A DNA stretch of 63,954 bases, counting the filler, from Craspedostauros australis (taxonomy: Eukaryota): NCBI GenBank assembly GCA_030167865.1. It is 17 parts of 17 records of this genome, joined end to end, with 100 filler letters (N's around TTAATTAATTAA, not from the genome) between each part and the next. Parts side by side here need not be neighbours in the genome. Positions count along the whole stretch, not along the records: positions 17,803 to 27,232 come from JALAGF010002949.1; positions 27,333 to 35,388 come from JALAGF010002950.1; 15 more parts are not named here. The stretch is one strand, 5' to 3'. Positions 22,413-33,733 of this stretch are shown piece after piece (position 1 is the stretch's first letter; each line of letters opens with the position of its first letter). Under the pieces are notes generated by a model. It worked only from the letters and a program-made list of their open reading frames with translations, did no database searches and was not told where the DNA came from. Both the position numbers and the translations under genes were made by a program.

Positions 22413-24980
22413 ATGAAGCACGCGCTGAAGCTGAGCACGTGGATACGGATCCTGTGTTGCTGCATCCTCAGCATCTACCTGCTGCTGTTCTTCCAGCTCT
22501 CCAGTCTCTCCTTGTCGGATGTGTACGGTCCGCAGAAGGTCCTTCAGAGGCCGCCGATGATAGTCTCCGTGCCGCAGCCCAACATCCAGTTGCGTCCGTC
22601 CGTTGCAGAGCAGCACGATCCAACGCCGATGCCGCCGGTATTCGATGGGCACCATGGCATCATCGAAGGCAATTCGTCGATTGTGTTCGAGGATGAGCTG
22701 CTTTGGGATCGCTCTCCCGTCCTGCCGGACTGGATGAAGCGGTACTTCGTTTGGCACAAGGAACAGCGGCAGCTGCTGAATCGCAATCAGCTGAAAGTCA
22801 CGTCTGCTCGGATATACCTCGTCGAATGCACGGAGGACTACACGCACTGCGGGGGCACCGCCGATCGACTCGCACCGCTCCCGTTTCATGTCGCCGTCGC
22901 CAACGCCACGCAACGGTTACTTTTGATCCGATGGACAAAGCCGAAACCGCTGGAGTCGTTCCTGCTGCCGCCAAGGGGCGGGATCGATTGGAGGATACCG
23001 GATTGGATGTGGCACGAACTAAATTACGACAAAGCCAAGGTGGCAACATACGAGGACAAGATCTGGAAGCTGAGTCGCAGCCGCAAGCCCGGCGTCGTGC
23101 GCGTCAAATTCCAGTCGCCGAATCATGGCGCCACGACGTACAACACGCAAGTGCGAACGCATGCGACCGAACCGTCCTTCGAGCAAGTCTCGCATGATCT
23201 GTGGCGCGTCTTCTTCACGCCGACGTCGTTGATTGCGCATATGATTCGCAAATATCTGAATCGGTTAGAGTTGCAACCGGGCAGATATGTGACGGCCCAC
23301 GTTCGTGCGCTGTACGGCGTCGATTCGCGCGATAAAGAGATCATGGAGCGATGGGCCAGCAATGCTGTGCGGTGCACGACCAAGTTCGGCGCAGTGCACG
23401 ACAGTGGCTACCCCATCCTGTTCGTGTCGGATTCGAATCAGACGGCGTCGTACGCGCAGACGTATGCGGATCAGAAAAACATTCCCGTGCGCGTGCGGCC
23501 GTACACCGCTGATCCGTTGCATTTGGAGAAAGACGAGAACTGGACGTCGCGGCAAGAGTCCGAGTATTACGATACGTTCGTGGATATCTACCTCATCGGT
23601 ATGAGCCAGTGCGTGGCGTACAACATGGGCGGGTTCGGCAGATGGGGCAGCATGCTCGGGTACAACAGTTCCTGTGTCTCTCACATGCAGGCGGACATGG
23701 CCTATTGCAAGTATGAGGAACCGCTGGTCAATATCCCCGAACTCGATAGAACGCAGCCGGAAGATCCCTTCGCGGAGCAGGATCGATTGTTCCCGCCTCC
23801 CATGACCACGGTGTTGCACGAACTCCCTGATTCAGCTCATGACAACAGCGTGAACATTGATTCGAGCGTGGAGCTGTACCAAAACACTTCCAACAACACG
23901 CATCTGTGGACGCAGTCGAAGAAGATGCCGAAGTGGATGAAGCGGTACTTTTGGTGGCACAGTCAGCAGCTCAAGATACTGTCGCCGGAGAATTGGAAAT
24001 CGAAGAGCTACATCGTGATGCAGTGCCTCAACACGGACGAGAAGTGCGGTGGCACCTCCGACAGATTGAAGCCGCTTCCGACCATTGTGAAATTGGCAGC
24101 CATGTCGCACCGATTGCTGTTCATCCAATGGACGCGCCCATGCCGGTTGGAAGAGTTCCTGGTTCCACCCAAGGGTGGCATCGATTGGAGGGTTCCGGAA
24201 TGGTTGGCACCGTACCTGGAAGTCAATGGCATCTGGGCGGTGCCCGGCGAAGACGTTCGCTTTCTGGCTTTCGAAAAGAATGAGACGTTGCTGCGCAGCC
24301 GGTATCAATCCAACAACGGTGGATCAGGCTGGTACGATGAACAACTGACGGACGGCGAGCACACCTTCGATGAAATCTACCACGACGTGTGGGAGGTATT
24401 CTTCACGCCTTCCCCTCCTCTGGCGAAAGCGATCCGCGATGAGATGGATCATTTGGGATTGGTACCAAATGAATACTCCTCCGCGCACATCCGTGCCTTG
24501 TACTCCGTGTCCGTGCGCCCTTTACGCATGGTGGAGAATTGGGTGAAGAACGGCGTGAATTGCGCATCCAACCTGCGACCGGGAAAGCCTGTATTCGTGG
24601 CATCGGACCACAAGCACGCATCTCGCGTTGTCGCCAACTATTCCAAGTCCCTGCATTGGCCAATCGTCACGCATGCATCGAATCCGGACCCTCCCGTCCA
24701 TCTGGACAAGGCCGATAATCAGCTATCGCGTTCGCCCAGGGACTTTTACGACACCTTCATCGATCTGTACCTCCTGTCGTTGGGCGGTTGCGTGACGTAC
24801 AACAAGGGCGGGTACGGATCCTGGGGATTGATCATCGGTGGTAACTCCGAGTGCAAGCATGCGTGGAAGAGGACCAGCAAAGGGATACAGAACCCATGCA
24901 ACTTTACGACGGCGAGCTACCAACCGCCTTCCGGTTCCAGCACTGAGCGTCAGCCTCTGTTCTTGGAACCGATGGAATGA
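22413..24980 (+). CDS. Type II membrane protein with two tandem fucosyltransferase-like (GT-B) domains
   Basis: N-terminal TM (ILCCCILSIYLLLFF). Two homologous halves, each with PxWMKRYFxWH, CGGTxDRL, FLxPPxGGIDWR, AHxRALY, FVxSD, YDTFxDxYL...C.xYNxGG(F/Y)GxWG. Confidence 0.75.
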   Translation: MKHALKLSTWIRILCCCILSIYLLLFFQLSSLSLSDVYGPQKVLQRPPMIVSVPQPNIQLRPSVAEQHDPTPMPPVFDGHHGIIEGNSSIVFEDELLWDRSPVLPDWMKRYFVWHKEQRQLLNRNQLKVTSARIYLVECTEDYTHCGGTADRLAPLPFHVAVANATQRLLLIRWTKPKPLESFLLPPRGGIDWRIPDWMWHELNYDKAKVATYEDKIWKLSRSRKPGVVRVKFQSPNHGATTYNTQVRTHATEPSFEQVSHDLWRVFFTPTSLIAHMIRKYLNRLELQPGRYVTAHVRALYGVDSRDKEIMERWASNAVRCTTKFGAVHDSGYPILFVSDSNQTASYAQTYADQKNIPVRVRPYTADPLHLEKDENWTSRQESEYYDTFVDIYLIGMSQCVAYNMGGFGRWGSMLGYNSSCVSHMQADMAYCKYEEPLVNIPELDRTQPEDPFAEQDRLFPPPMTTVLHELPDSAHDNSVNIDSSVELYQNTSNNTHLWTQSKKMPKWMKRYFWWHSQQLKILSPENWKSKSYIVMQCLNTDEKCGGTSDRLKPLPTIVKLAAMSHRLLFIQWTRPCRLEEFLVPPKGGIDWRVPEWLAPYLEVNGIWAVPGEDVRFLAFEKNETLLRSRYQSNNGGSGWYDEQLTDGEHTFDEIYHDVWEVFFTPSPPLAKAIRDEMDHLGLVPNEYSSAHIRALYSVSVRPLRMVENWVKNGVNCASNLRPGKPVFVASDHKHASRVVANYSKSLHWPIVTHASNPDPPVHLDKADNQLSRSPRDFYDTFIDLYLLSLGGCVTYNKGGYGSWGLIIGGNSECKHAWKRTSKGIQNPCNFTTASYQPPSGSSTERQPLFLEPME

Positions 24981-25977
24981 ATCGACAAGGCATGAATCTG
25001 CAAGACATGAGGCAAGAGGTATGCGACACGAGACAAGCGTTTCTGTTTGTGAATGATGGAAACGAATGCAAACCGAAAATGTCAACTGACAGCCATGTGA
25101 CTGTTTGTGTAACCACATAGATCGATCTATCCAAACTGACAGTCACAATCAATACAATACGTCTGTGTGGGTTGAACGCTGTGGATGGCCAACCATCATG
25201 GCTGACGCCAACAAGAACGCCTGCTGCACGAATGGAACCGACAGCGATAACAACAGCGCAAACATCACCATTGGTCAGAAGGAAAGGAGAGACACAGGCT
25301 GATCCGCAACAAGAGGCTTGCCAAGATGTTGCCTTTGGTTGCGAGTGTCAAAAGCTCAGCCCCAGCGCATGCCGCTGTCGACTGCTGCATAGACTTACGC
25401 CATGTATCAAAAGAAACAAACTTATTGGTAGCTTCTTTCCTCTGTGTGTGTGCTATGATTTGAGGTGACGCTCTCTACTTTCTCAAGAGACTACTCTTTG
25501 CAATTGTAGGACGTATAGGAACAATACTCTACAGATAGTATCGGTGAACTATCACGATTGACAATAAACAACGGACAATATGGGTCGTGGAGTTTTCGAT
25601 GCTCATAAGAATAGTGAGGCGATCGGACATTCTTCATGATTCGATGGCTTATGGAAAGGTGAATATACAAGTACTGAGCGTCAACGTCGTCAGCCCGCGC
25701 GTTCAAAGGAGAAATTGGCTCTTCAACCCTGACCCATTCCCAGAAATTCTCGGACTGTGCACCACACGCCACAACGTAGAGCCCTCAACCCGGAAAAAGG
25801 ACGACGCAAGACACCAGCACACTCCGCGCAGTGTTCGCAACCACGACAGAACAGTCATCCTCTTGCCATTCCTCCAAATCAAGGGCCCCAACGCAGATCC
25901 ACGGAATCTCCCTTCCGACATGACACAACAAGGCCATCTCCAGCAATACATAGGCGCCCCATTCAGAAGCAACCAAC

Positions 25978-27232
25978 ATGGGACCAGGCTACCTGGATCA
26001 CGACGACGTGCCAACGCTGCGACGCGTGGTGCAGCTCCCTCCATCGCAGCTGTCTCCCATGCCCACGGAAATGCCGATCCCAGGCATACCGCAACGGGAC
26101 ATCCAAGGCGCCGGTTGGGTTGATGGTGACCACCGAATGCAAGTCGATCACCAGTCTGGTCCTCAGCAAGGCTACTATCAACAGCAGCATCGGCAGCAGC
26201 AGCATCAGCACCGGAAGCATCATCACCAGCAGCAGCATCAAAATAGACACAATGCCCATTCACCGGTGGTGAAACCACCTCCGCCTGCACCGTTCTCGTC
26301 CCCAGCCATGCAGAATCCCGGACGACTGCATCGACCACCCGTCCGAAGCCCAAAACGGGCATCAACACCTGCAGATCGTCGGCCCGATGATGGTTTCAGT
26401 CCCATGCAACCGGCCATGAACACAAAGCCTCGCAGCTACAGGCAGCGTAGCCCCATCGCCGCTACTGTTGCTCCAACGGGTACAGTCAAGGCCATGAGTA
26501 TAGTGTCGGGTACGGTTACAGCTGCTATCCAAGGTCCGCCTCTCCACGGTAACATCACCAGAACATCCGAGTACGGTCCGAAACGCACCGTATCCGACAC
26601 CTTCTCGTCCGGCCGTGAATTCTACGACGATGGATACTCGGAGACGGAACAAAACATGTCCGAACTGCCGCAGAACATATCGAGCATGATCGAACAGGCA
26701 CCCTTCTTTCAACGCCGGACAGAAATGGAAGACCTGAAGGCCGCATTTCGGCGGTGGAAATCATGTCAATCGGACTTCGCGGAAGAGCGCGTATCGAAAT
26801 ACACATCCCAGCTGCCGATTGTGTTCGTGGGCGGGACGAGTGGGACAGGCAAATCGAGACTCGCCCAAGAGTTTGTCGACTTCATACAACAAGACAGCAG
26901 AGGTGCGGATGACGCCAGCATGCCCTTCGTCGCTCGTGGAAAGTTCGATGAGCAATACGATGCCGCATCCACCGCGACCTCCATGTTCTCCGGGATCATC
27001 CAAGCGATGGATCATCTCGTGGCACAGATTCANCGACAGCAGCATCATCTGGATGACGATCAGATCAACAGTCTCGATGGATCCACGTACGATCTGAACC
27101 AGGCCAGGTTTGCCATTCAGACGACATTCAGCGATCAAGCATCAACCCAGCGACAGAGACAGAGACAACGTCAGCGACAGACGCAGCGGCAAACGGGTGG
27201 TCCAGTTCCGCGTGATTTGGGAGCGGCACCAC
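25978..27232 (+). CDS. Inverted paralog of the 17803-20560 STAND ATPase, 3' partial, N-terminally shortened
   Basis: Near-identical to 19203-19876(-) from 26557 onward, including GTSGTGKS. In-frame TAG at 25951-25953 where the paralog has the Tyr of ISSNAY. Confidence 0.75.
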
Positions 27233-28215
27233 NNNNNNNNNNNNNNNNNNNNNNNNNNNNNNNNNNNNNNNNNNNNTTAATTAATTAANNNNNNNNNNNN
27301 NNNNNNNNNNNNNNNNNNNNNNNNNNNNNNNNGATCATGTCATGCCTCTATCATGCTCACAGTTCCAAGAAGACAATCTTGTGAGCTCGACAGCATTCCA
27401 ACTACCATACGAATAATACAGTAAACAAACACTCTCCTCACCAACAACAACGACTTGATCACTCTACGTTCTCGGTGCGGTATCCTTCACACCCATCTAC
27501 GATTACGTTCTAACACCGATCGAAGGTAAGAGAAGCATGCGCAGAGGAATACGACGGCCAGTGTCACACAGGAGGAGGCACGATGCTGTACGCAAAGTCA
27601 CACGACAGCAAACGATACCACCTTGTGGCGTTGTAGCAGGAAGCAAAGCGTCTCCAGACGGTAGCGAGCTGAAGCGATGTGCACATGCTCGTGCTCCTCG
27701 CACAACACCAAAAGGCTCATTGTGGCATGCTGCGGCCACATTCCTAGCCACCCAACGACATGCGCGCGTCCCAGCCGCGTCTACGAGCACCTGTCCTGCC
27801 GTTGCCAAGACCGCGCGGAGTTTGCATCCGCTGCGCGCACATCGATGATGATCGCGATGCCTATTGCGGCGCCTTGAAGCGATCGATTGCATTCCGTCGC
27901 AGGCATCCAAGCGCAAATCGATCGTTTAACACCCGTTTCGCACACATCATGAATGGCCAACTCAACAACTGCTCCGGGACCTCTCACACTCGCGTCTCTG
28001 TCTCTGCCCGTACTTCATCCACCAAAACGGCTCATGGTCGCTGAAATCAATGCTCTGCCGGCTTCCGTGGTGTACCAATTCGATTGCGACGCTCTTTTCC
28101 GCCACGGACTGTGATTCCCAATCGCCGGCTCTCCGTCTGCATCACAAATTGCGGTGCAAAGAACAGAAATCGCCCCGAACTGCAAATCAGACCACCATCC
28201 CGTAGAAACCGCACG

Positions 28216-31200
28216 ATGTTCAAGTTCAAGGCTGCCCTCCTCGGCGCGCTCCTCCTTGCAAGTGCAGGATCCACAGAGGCCGTGTTGCGCGGAAGCAGAG
28301 CTGTGGGGCAGACCGAAGAGCTTCACGTCATGATGCAGGCCACCCGTACCCTCAAGGCTGGTAACGGCGACGGCGACAAGAATAACAAGGAGGAAGCCAA
28401 AAAGAACAAGGACACGGAAGCACCAACCAGCAACCCAACCGCCACCCCTGGCATGCCGACAGCGGCCCCAACGTCGGCTCCAACGTCGGCTCCGACCGCT
28501 ACTCCCGGTATGCCGACAGCGGCTCCAACGTCGGCTCCGACCGCTACCCCCGGTATGCCGACAGCGGCACCAACGTCGGCTCCGACCGCTACCCCCGGTA
28601 TGCCGACAGCGGCTCCAACTTCGGCTCCGACCAGCGGCCCAACTTCGGCTCCGACCAGCGCTCCAACTTCGGCGCCAACATCGGCACCAACCAGTGCACC
28701 CACTTCGGCGCCAACATCGGCACCAACGTCGGCACCGACCAGCGCTCCAACTTCGGCTCCAACTTCTGCCCCAACCAGCGCACCCACTTCGGCTCCCACC
28801 AGCCGCCCGACTGTCTCTCCCGGTATGCCAACGCCTGCCCCAACCTCGGCCCCGACCAGCGCGCCCACTTCGGCTCCAACCTCGGCCCCAACCGCGCCGA
28901 CTGCAGCTCCAACATCTGCTCCAACTCACGGACCAACTAGCGCCCCGACATCCGCACCAACCTCGGCTCCAACATCTGCTCCAACATTCGCACCGACCAG
29001 CGCACCCACTTCGGCACCAACATCGGCTCCAACATCCGCTCCCACGGCATTCGATGCCACCGTCATCGTCGCGTGCAACCCTGACGTGTCCCCCTCTTCA
29101 CCGCTGACGCCAGAAGAGCTTGCGGTCAAGACCATCATCTGCAACAAGGAGAAGGCATCGTGCCGTCAAGCCGTGCGCGCCGTCCGCAGCAGTTCAGATC
29201 TCCAGACTTTCTTTGGATGCATCGGCGACTTGGGTGAGAACCAGGCTCGCGCTGGATTCAACCGGTACGCGTCCAATCCGAACCTTTCGGACCAGCTCGA
29301 AAGGGTTGTGTCATCAGGAACTCAGTTTGTCACGGCGCTGCCCGGCGACATGCGCACTGCTTGCATGAATGCGAACAACAGCCCATGCTGTGACGGCGGC
29401 GGAAGCAACGCATGCGGCTCTTCCAGCCCGACCGCTTTCATGACCGTGGCACTCAACGCATGCCAAGGTGCCGACGCCTGTACCGACATGGGTCTCAACC
29501 CTCTCATCTTGGATTCATCGTGCAACGGCGCCGAAGCCTGCCGCAACGTGAACGAGAACGATAACCCCATCCCGACTGTCTCGGGAGTCACTTTCGTCGG
29601 CGAAATCGCATGCACCTCGGCAGGCTCTTGCCAGAACGTAGGTGCCTTCTCATACGGTGATGTCATCATCCTGAACGGAGCCTGCGTTGGAAGCCAGTCC
29701 TGCGAGTTCGTCGGTCTTCGTCTCAGGCAGACCACCGCAGGCCGCGTTGTCAGCAACATCTTCATCGGGGAGAACGCCTGCAACAACGCAAATTCCTGCC
29801 TCAACGTGCATTCATCCGACGGTGACGCAAGGCTCAGAAGGTCCCGCAGAACAGCCACCACAACAGCCCGCGAACTGACCACCGCTCGGGGCCTCGCAGC
29901 CCAACGCATGGGCGGATCGAAGATCGGAGGCGACCTCATCATCGAGGAGGGTGCCTGCGTCGGCAATTCGGCGTGCGAAGACCTGGCCTTCGACGATCTC
30001 ATGACCACCGACGTCGTCCTCTCGCAGGATGTCTGCTCGGGAACCGAGACTTGCATCGGTTGCGCCAAGATGAACTGCCCCAACAAATTCACCCAGGTCT
30101 ATGTCATCAGCAACGCAACCCTCGCGTGCCCCAAGGACAACATGGGCAACCCAACCGGTGCTACCGTCACACAATTCTGCGTCGACAAAGACGAACAGCC
30201 AACCGAGAGCCCAACCTTCGCCCCCACTCCGCTTACCAGCGACGTCCCGTCCGTGCTTCCGTCAGAGCTCCCGTCCCTGGGTCCAACCGGTACGCCGAGC
30301 GCAACTCCATCCGACCAGCCATCCATGCTCCCATCAGAGGGTCCGTCGAACTTCCCGAGTATCCTTCCATCCGAAGGACCCACCATCTTGCCAACCGGCG
30401 CTCCAACCATCAACAAGACTCCGCTGCAGACACTCTGCTTGACAACGCCGGGCGATGTCGACTCCGGGTTCGACTTGGGACCGATGGTGCTCTGCGACGA
30501 CAACATGGGCGTGTGCACCAACTTCGCCAACGCCATCGAGTCACTTCCCGCCAACAAGGACAGACTCGTCAAGAGCATCTTCGGATGTGGGGACGGTCAA
30601 GATCTCTACAACGGCGTTGCCCAAAAGCGCTTCGACGCCATCAAGAACGACCCAAGCGCCATCACCGCAATCCTTGGTGCCCTTGAGGGAAGCGGTATCC
30701 TCATGACTGGAACTGCAGCCGATCTCGCCACACCGTGTGGGTCTTCGTGCTGCGCCGGCGGGTGCTCCACAACAGTCGCAAGTGATGTCATCACCATCAC
30801 TCCAGACTCGTGCTCCGGAACCACTGGAGCCGCGTCCTGCACCGATCTTGGCCCCGACGTCATCATCCTCGGCAGCTGCCTCAACGACGCGTCCTGCGCT
30901 GGCCTTGGCGGCTTCGACAACGAACCCAACGAAGAGGCAGTCACCGGTTCCACAATCATCGGACCAGCCGCCTGCACCAACACCAGAAGCTGCCAAAACC
31001 TGGGAAAGAACATCTACGGAAACATCCGCATCGAGGGTGCTGCGTGCAACGGTGTGGAAAGCTGCGACGGTATGGGTGTCCGCGTTGCACAGTCAGATGC
31101 AGTCGTCACACCAGTCCTTGCCGATATCATCGTGCAGGAGAAGGCATGCCGGGGACAGAGCTCCTGCCAGAACGTCCATGCTGGAACAGGAAAGACCACT

Positions 31201-31437
31201 GGAAGTCTCAACATCGGCCAGAATGCCTGCACGTCCGCCGACAGTTGCAGCGGCGCAGCCGACAGCAACAGTGCTGTCGACGATCTTGTCATCGAAGACG
31301 ACACCTGCGTGACCGGCACCACTTGCAAGGACTGCGTCGCCACGGACATGTGTGCTGGTTCCGCCGGCCAGACCTACACCATCAGCAGTCCATTTGTGGA
31401 CTGCAAAACCCCCAACCCAAGCGCATGCTCCAACTAA
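28216..31437 (+). CDS. Secreted mucin-like protein: signal peptide, PTSA repeats, two Cys-rich Cx5C-repeat modules
   Basis: MFKFKAALLGALLLASAGSTEA-VLRG signal peptide; RTL/REL/RGL (RxL-type) motifs; long PTSA tract; repeated IxxxACxGxxSC units; PSxxPS linker. Confidence 0.88.
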   Translation: MFKFKAALLGALLLASAGSTEAVLRGSRAVGQTEELHVMMQATRTLKAGNGDGDKNNKEEAKKNKDTEAPTSNPTATPGMPTAAPTSAPTSAPTATPGMPTAAPTSAPTATPGMPTAAPTSAPTATPGMPTAAPTSAPTSGPTSAPTSAPTSAPTSAPTSAPTSAPTSAPTSAPTSAPTSAPTSAPTSAPTSAPTSRPTVSPGMPTPAPTSAPTSAPTSAPTSAPTAPTAAPTSAPTHGPTSAPTSAPTSAPTSAPTFAPTSAPTSAPTSAPTSAPTAFDATVIVACNPDVSPSSPLTPEELAVKTIICNKEKASCRQAVRAVRSSSDLQTFFGCIGDLGENQARAGFNRYASNPNLSDQLERVVSSGTQFVTALPGDMRTACMNANNSPCCDGGGSNACGSSSPTAFMTVALNACQGADACTDMGLNPLILDSSCNGAEACRNVNENDNPIPTVSGVTFVGEIACTSAGSCQNVGAFSYGDVIILNGACVGSQSCEFVGLRLRQTTAGRVVSNIFIGENACNNANSCLNVHSSDGDARLRRSRRTATTTARELTTARGLAAQRMGGSKIGGDLIIEEGACVGNSACEDLAFDDLMTTDVVLSQDVCSGTETCIGCAKMNCPNKFTQVYVISNATLACPKDNMGNPTGATVTQFCVDKDEQPTESPTFAPTPLTSDVPSVLPSELPSLGPTGTPSATPSDQPSMLPSEGPSNFPSILPSEGPTILPTGAPTINKTPLQTLCLTTPGDVDSGFDLGPMVLCDDNMGVCTNFANAIESLPANKDRLVKSIFGCGDGQDLYNGVAQKRFDAIKNDPSAITAILGALEGSGILMTGTAADLATPCGSSCCAGGCSTTVASDVITITPDSCSGTTGAASCTDLGPDVIILGSCLNDASCAGLGGFDNEPNEEAVTGSTIIGPAACTNTRSCQNLGKNIYGNIRIEGAACNGVESCDGMGVRVAQSDAVVTPVLADIIVQEKACRGQSSCQNVHAGTGKTTGSLNIGQNACTSADSCSGAADSNSAVDDLVIEDDTCVTGTTCKDCVATDMCAGSAGQTYTISSPFVDCKTPNPSACSN
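28420..29046 (+). repeat. Coding tandem repeat (12-bp PTSA units; PTATPGMPTAA super-units)
   Basis: Synonymously diverged ccaacttcggct-type units encoding (PTSA)n. Confidence 0.95.
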
Positions 31438-32528
31438 GCACGAAGCATGGTCTGGCCATGACGCGTGCGCGCATGTACAAGCCACGGCGCCGGTATCTGC
31501 CCCCAAGCCCTACGCGCTGCTGCCGATCCTCAGTTGTTGAGAGGACGGCAAGGCACGCGAATCAACTGCCCGACCACTTGGGTTGGCCTGTGCCCGAAGA
31601 TTGTGCCTCGCTCGCGCTCACTTCCACACTCATACTCATACTCACATTCACAAACATCCCATCAATTGAAACGCCACACCATCGAACCAAAAGAAAACAA
31701 CCAGAAAACACCCCAGAAAAATGAACAGTGACCCGATTCGCAAACCCGCCCCACCCCGGACGATGACGTTATCGGGGTGGGCCTGTTCCTGACGTCCATA
31801 GAGGCGACGTATCTTGTGCACGGAGACGACCGGCGACGAAGTGTCTGCCTACCGGTATCAACCGCATGAAAGTCCGAAAGGAAAAAGGATTACAGCCGTC
31901 TGCACAAGAGGCTGTGTCGTCTTGCCCATGTCCACATTGGAGTCTAAACCGCGGAAAGGGCATGTGCTGTCCCACGACCTCTTCTTTCGAGTAGATCACA
32001 CCAATCCTTGGCCACAGCTTTGCCATGGAATGATTTGATAGCATCTATAAATTAGCAAAGAGAGCAGCACATGTGAAAACAACACTCTTCTTCCGCACTG
32101 TTGCATGTCATAGGTCGTGCTCTTATGGGTGTTGTACATACGTGTAACATGCGTAATTCTCCTCATCTCCTTTCCATTTGGCCGGAGCACCATTTCGTGA
32201 GCGATTCGGAGACGCAGAATTTAATTCTCGTCTGGCCGGCCATCCGGAGGCTCCACGATCACCAACCACATCACAGCCATCAGCAACAGCACCAACATCA
32301 AAAACATCACAGCTTTCTTCTTGTTCACCTGCGGAACCTGCCGCCGCTGTGTTCTCTGATGCGAGCGCATCTTGTCTGATCGTTCCAAGCATAGATCATA
32401 GTGCCATACGATCCATTCTATAATCTTACACTATATTATATAATACTCATACGACCTACAGCACCTGCAGTAGTGAGACGGTCCACCATTTCTGTTCTGT
32501 TCAGCCAGCCGTTGAAGTCTGAATAATC

Positions 32529-33728
32529 ATGACGAGCCTCCTTGGATCGATCTTCGGCGGAGAAGCGCAGAAGGATGAAACCAGGGAATCGCTGTTCGAT
32601 GAGTCGAAGGCGCTTCCAGAACGCCCGCAGCACAAGCCCGTGGAACGGCCGCCCAGCCGCGATAGAAGTGGCGACGGCGATGCCACTTTCTCGGAGGAAG
32701 CCGCAGATGGCAACAAGCGGAGAACGAAGGGCAGGAAGCCACAGAAGCCAGCTGGCGCAACGCAGAACCCGGAGGACGGCAATGACGCTGGCGGCAGAAT
32801 TGACGACGAGCGCACCATCTTCGTCGGCAACCTCCCCCTCATTTCGCGCAAGGCGCTGGCCAGGCTGTTCGCTGACTGCGGGACGGTCCACAGCGCGCGT
32901 CTGCGCAACATCCCCGTCACGGGCATCAAGCTTCCGCCCTCCGAGGCCGGCAACCAGGATCTCATGCGCAAGGTTTGCGTCAACACGGGGAAGATAGAAT
33001 CCACCGCGGCCACGGTGCAAGGATACGTCGTCTTCAAATCTGCGGAATCGGTTGAGAAGGCGCTGCAGCTCAATAACGTATTGAAAGTGGAAGGACACAC
33101 GTTGCGCATCGATCGTGCGAAACCCACGATTGATGCATCGCGCAGCGTCTTCGTCGGCAATCTGTCGCACGGCCACACCGACGAAGCGTCATTGCAAAAG
33201 CACTTCGAAACCGGCTGTTCGTTGGACAAGGGCGACATCGAAGGTGTTCGAATTGTGAGAGACAAGGAAACGCGCCAATGCAAGGGATTCGGTTACATTC
33301 TGTTCCGCGACAAATCATTGGCAGCCTCGGCGCTGAAGCTGCACGGCACAACGTACAACAAACGAGAGCTGCGCGTTCAGGTGTGTGGCAAGCGATTGAA
33401 AGGTGGCAAAGGCAATCGCAGCACAGCCAAGAAGAGTGCTGCGACCGGCGCTAGCGTCCCCAAATCACCGTCGAACGGCAAGCAACGCCAGACGAAATCC
33501 GCCGGCGCCGTCCACGAACAGGCAACCGCAGGAGCATTTCGTCGCATCCTCGCCAAGCAGGCAACGCAGTCGTCCAAATCCTATTCAGAGAAAGACCGCA
33601 AACGCGGCGCCAAGCGCAAATCGTCCACCAATTCCAAACGCGCCGCCATCGAAAAGAAGACTGAAAAACGAGTCAAGAAGCTGCATAAACGAATGGTCAA
33701 GGGTATGGGAAAGAATAAGAATCGATGA
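32529..33728 (+). CDS. NOP12: Nucleolar two-RRM protein Nop12/RBM34
   Basis: ERTIFVGNLP...GTVHSARLR...GYVVF; RSVFVGNL...GVRIVRDKETRQCKGFGYILF; basic tail. Confidence 0.85.
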   Translation: MTSLLGSIFGGEAQKDETRESLFDESKALPERPQHKPVERPPSRDRSGDGDATFSEEAADGNKRRTKGRKPQKPAGATQNPEDGNDAGGRIDDERTIFVGNLPLISRKALARLFADCGTVHSARLRNIPVTGIKLPPSEAGNQDLMRKVCVNTGKIESTAATVQGYVVFKSAESVEKALQLNNVLKVEGHTLRIDRAKPTIDASRSVFVGNLSHGHTDEASLQKHFETGCSLDKGDIEGVRIVRDKETRQCKGFGYILFRDKSLAASALKLHGTTYNKRELRVQVCGKRLKGGKGNRSTAKKSAATGASVPKSPSNGKQRQTKSAGAVHEQATAGAFRRILAKQATQSSKSYSEKDRKRGAKRKSSTNSKRAAIEKKTEKRVKKLHKRMVKGMGKNKNR

Positions 33729-33733
33729 AATTA

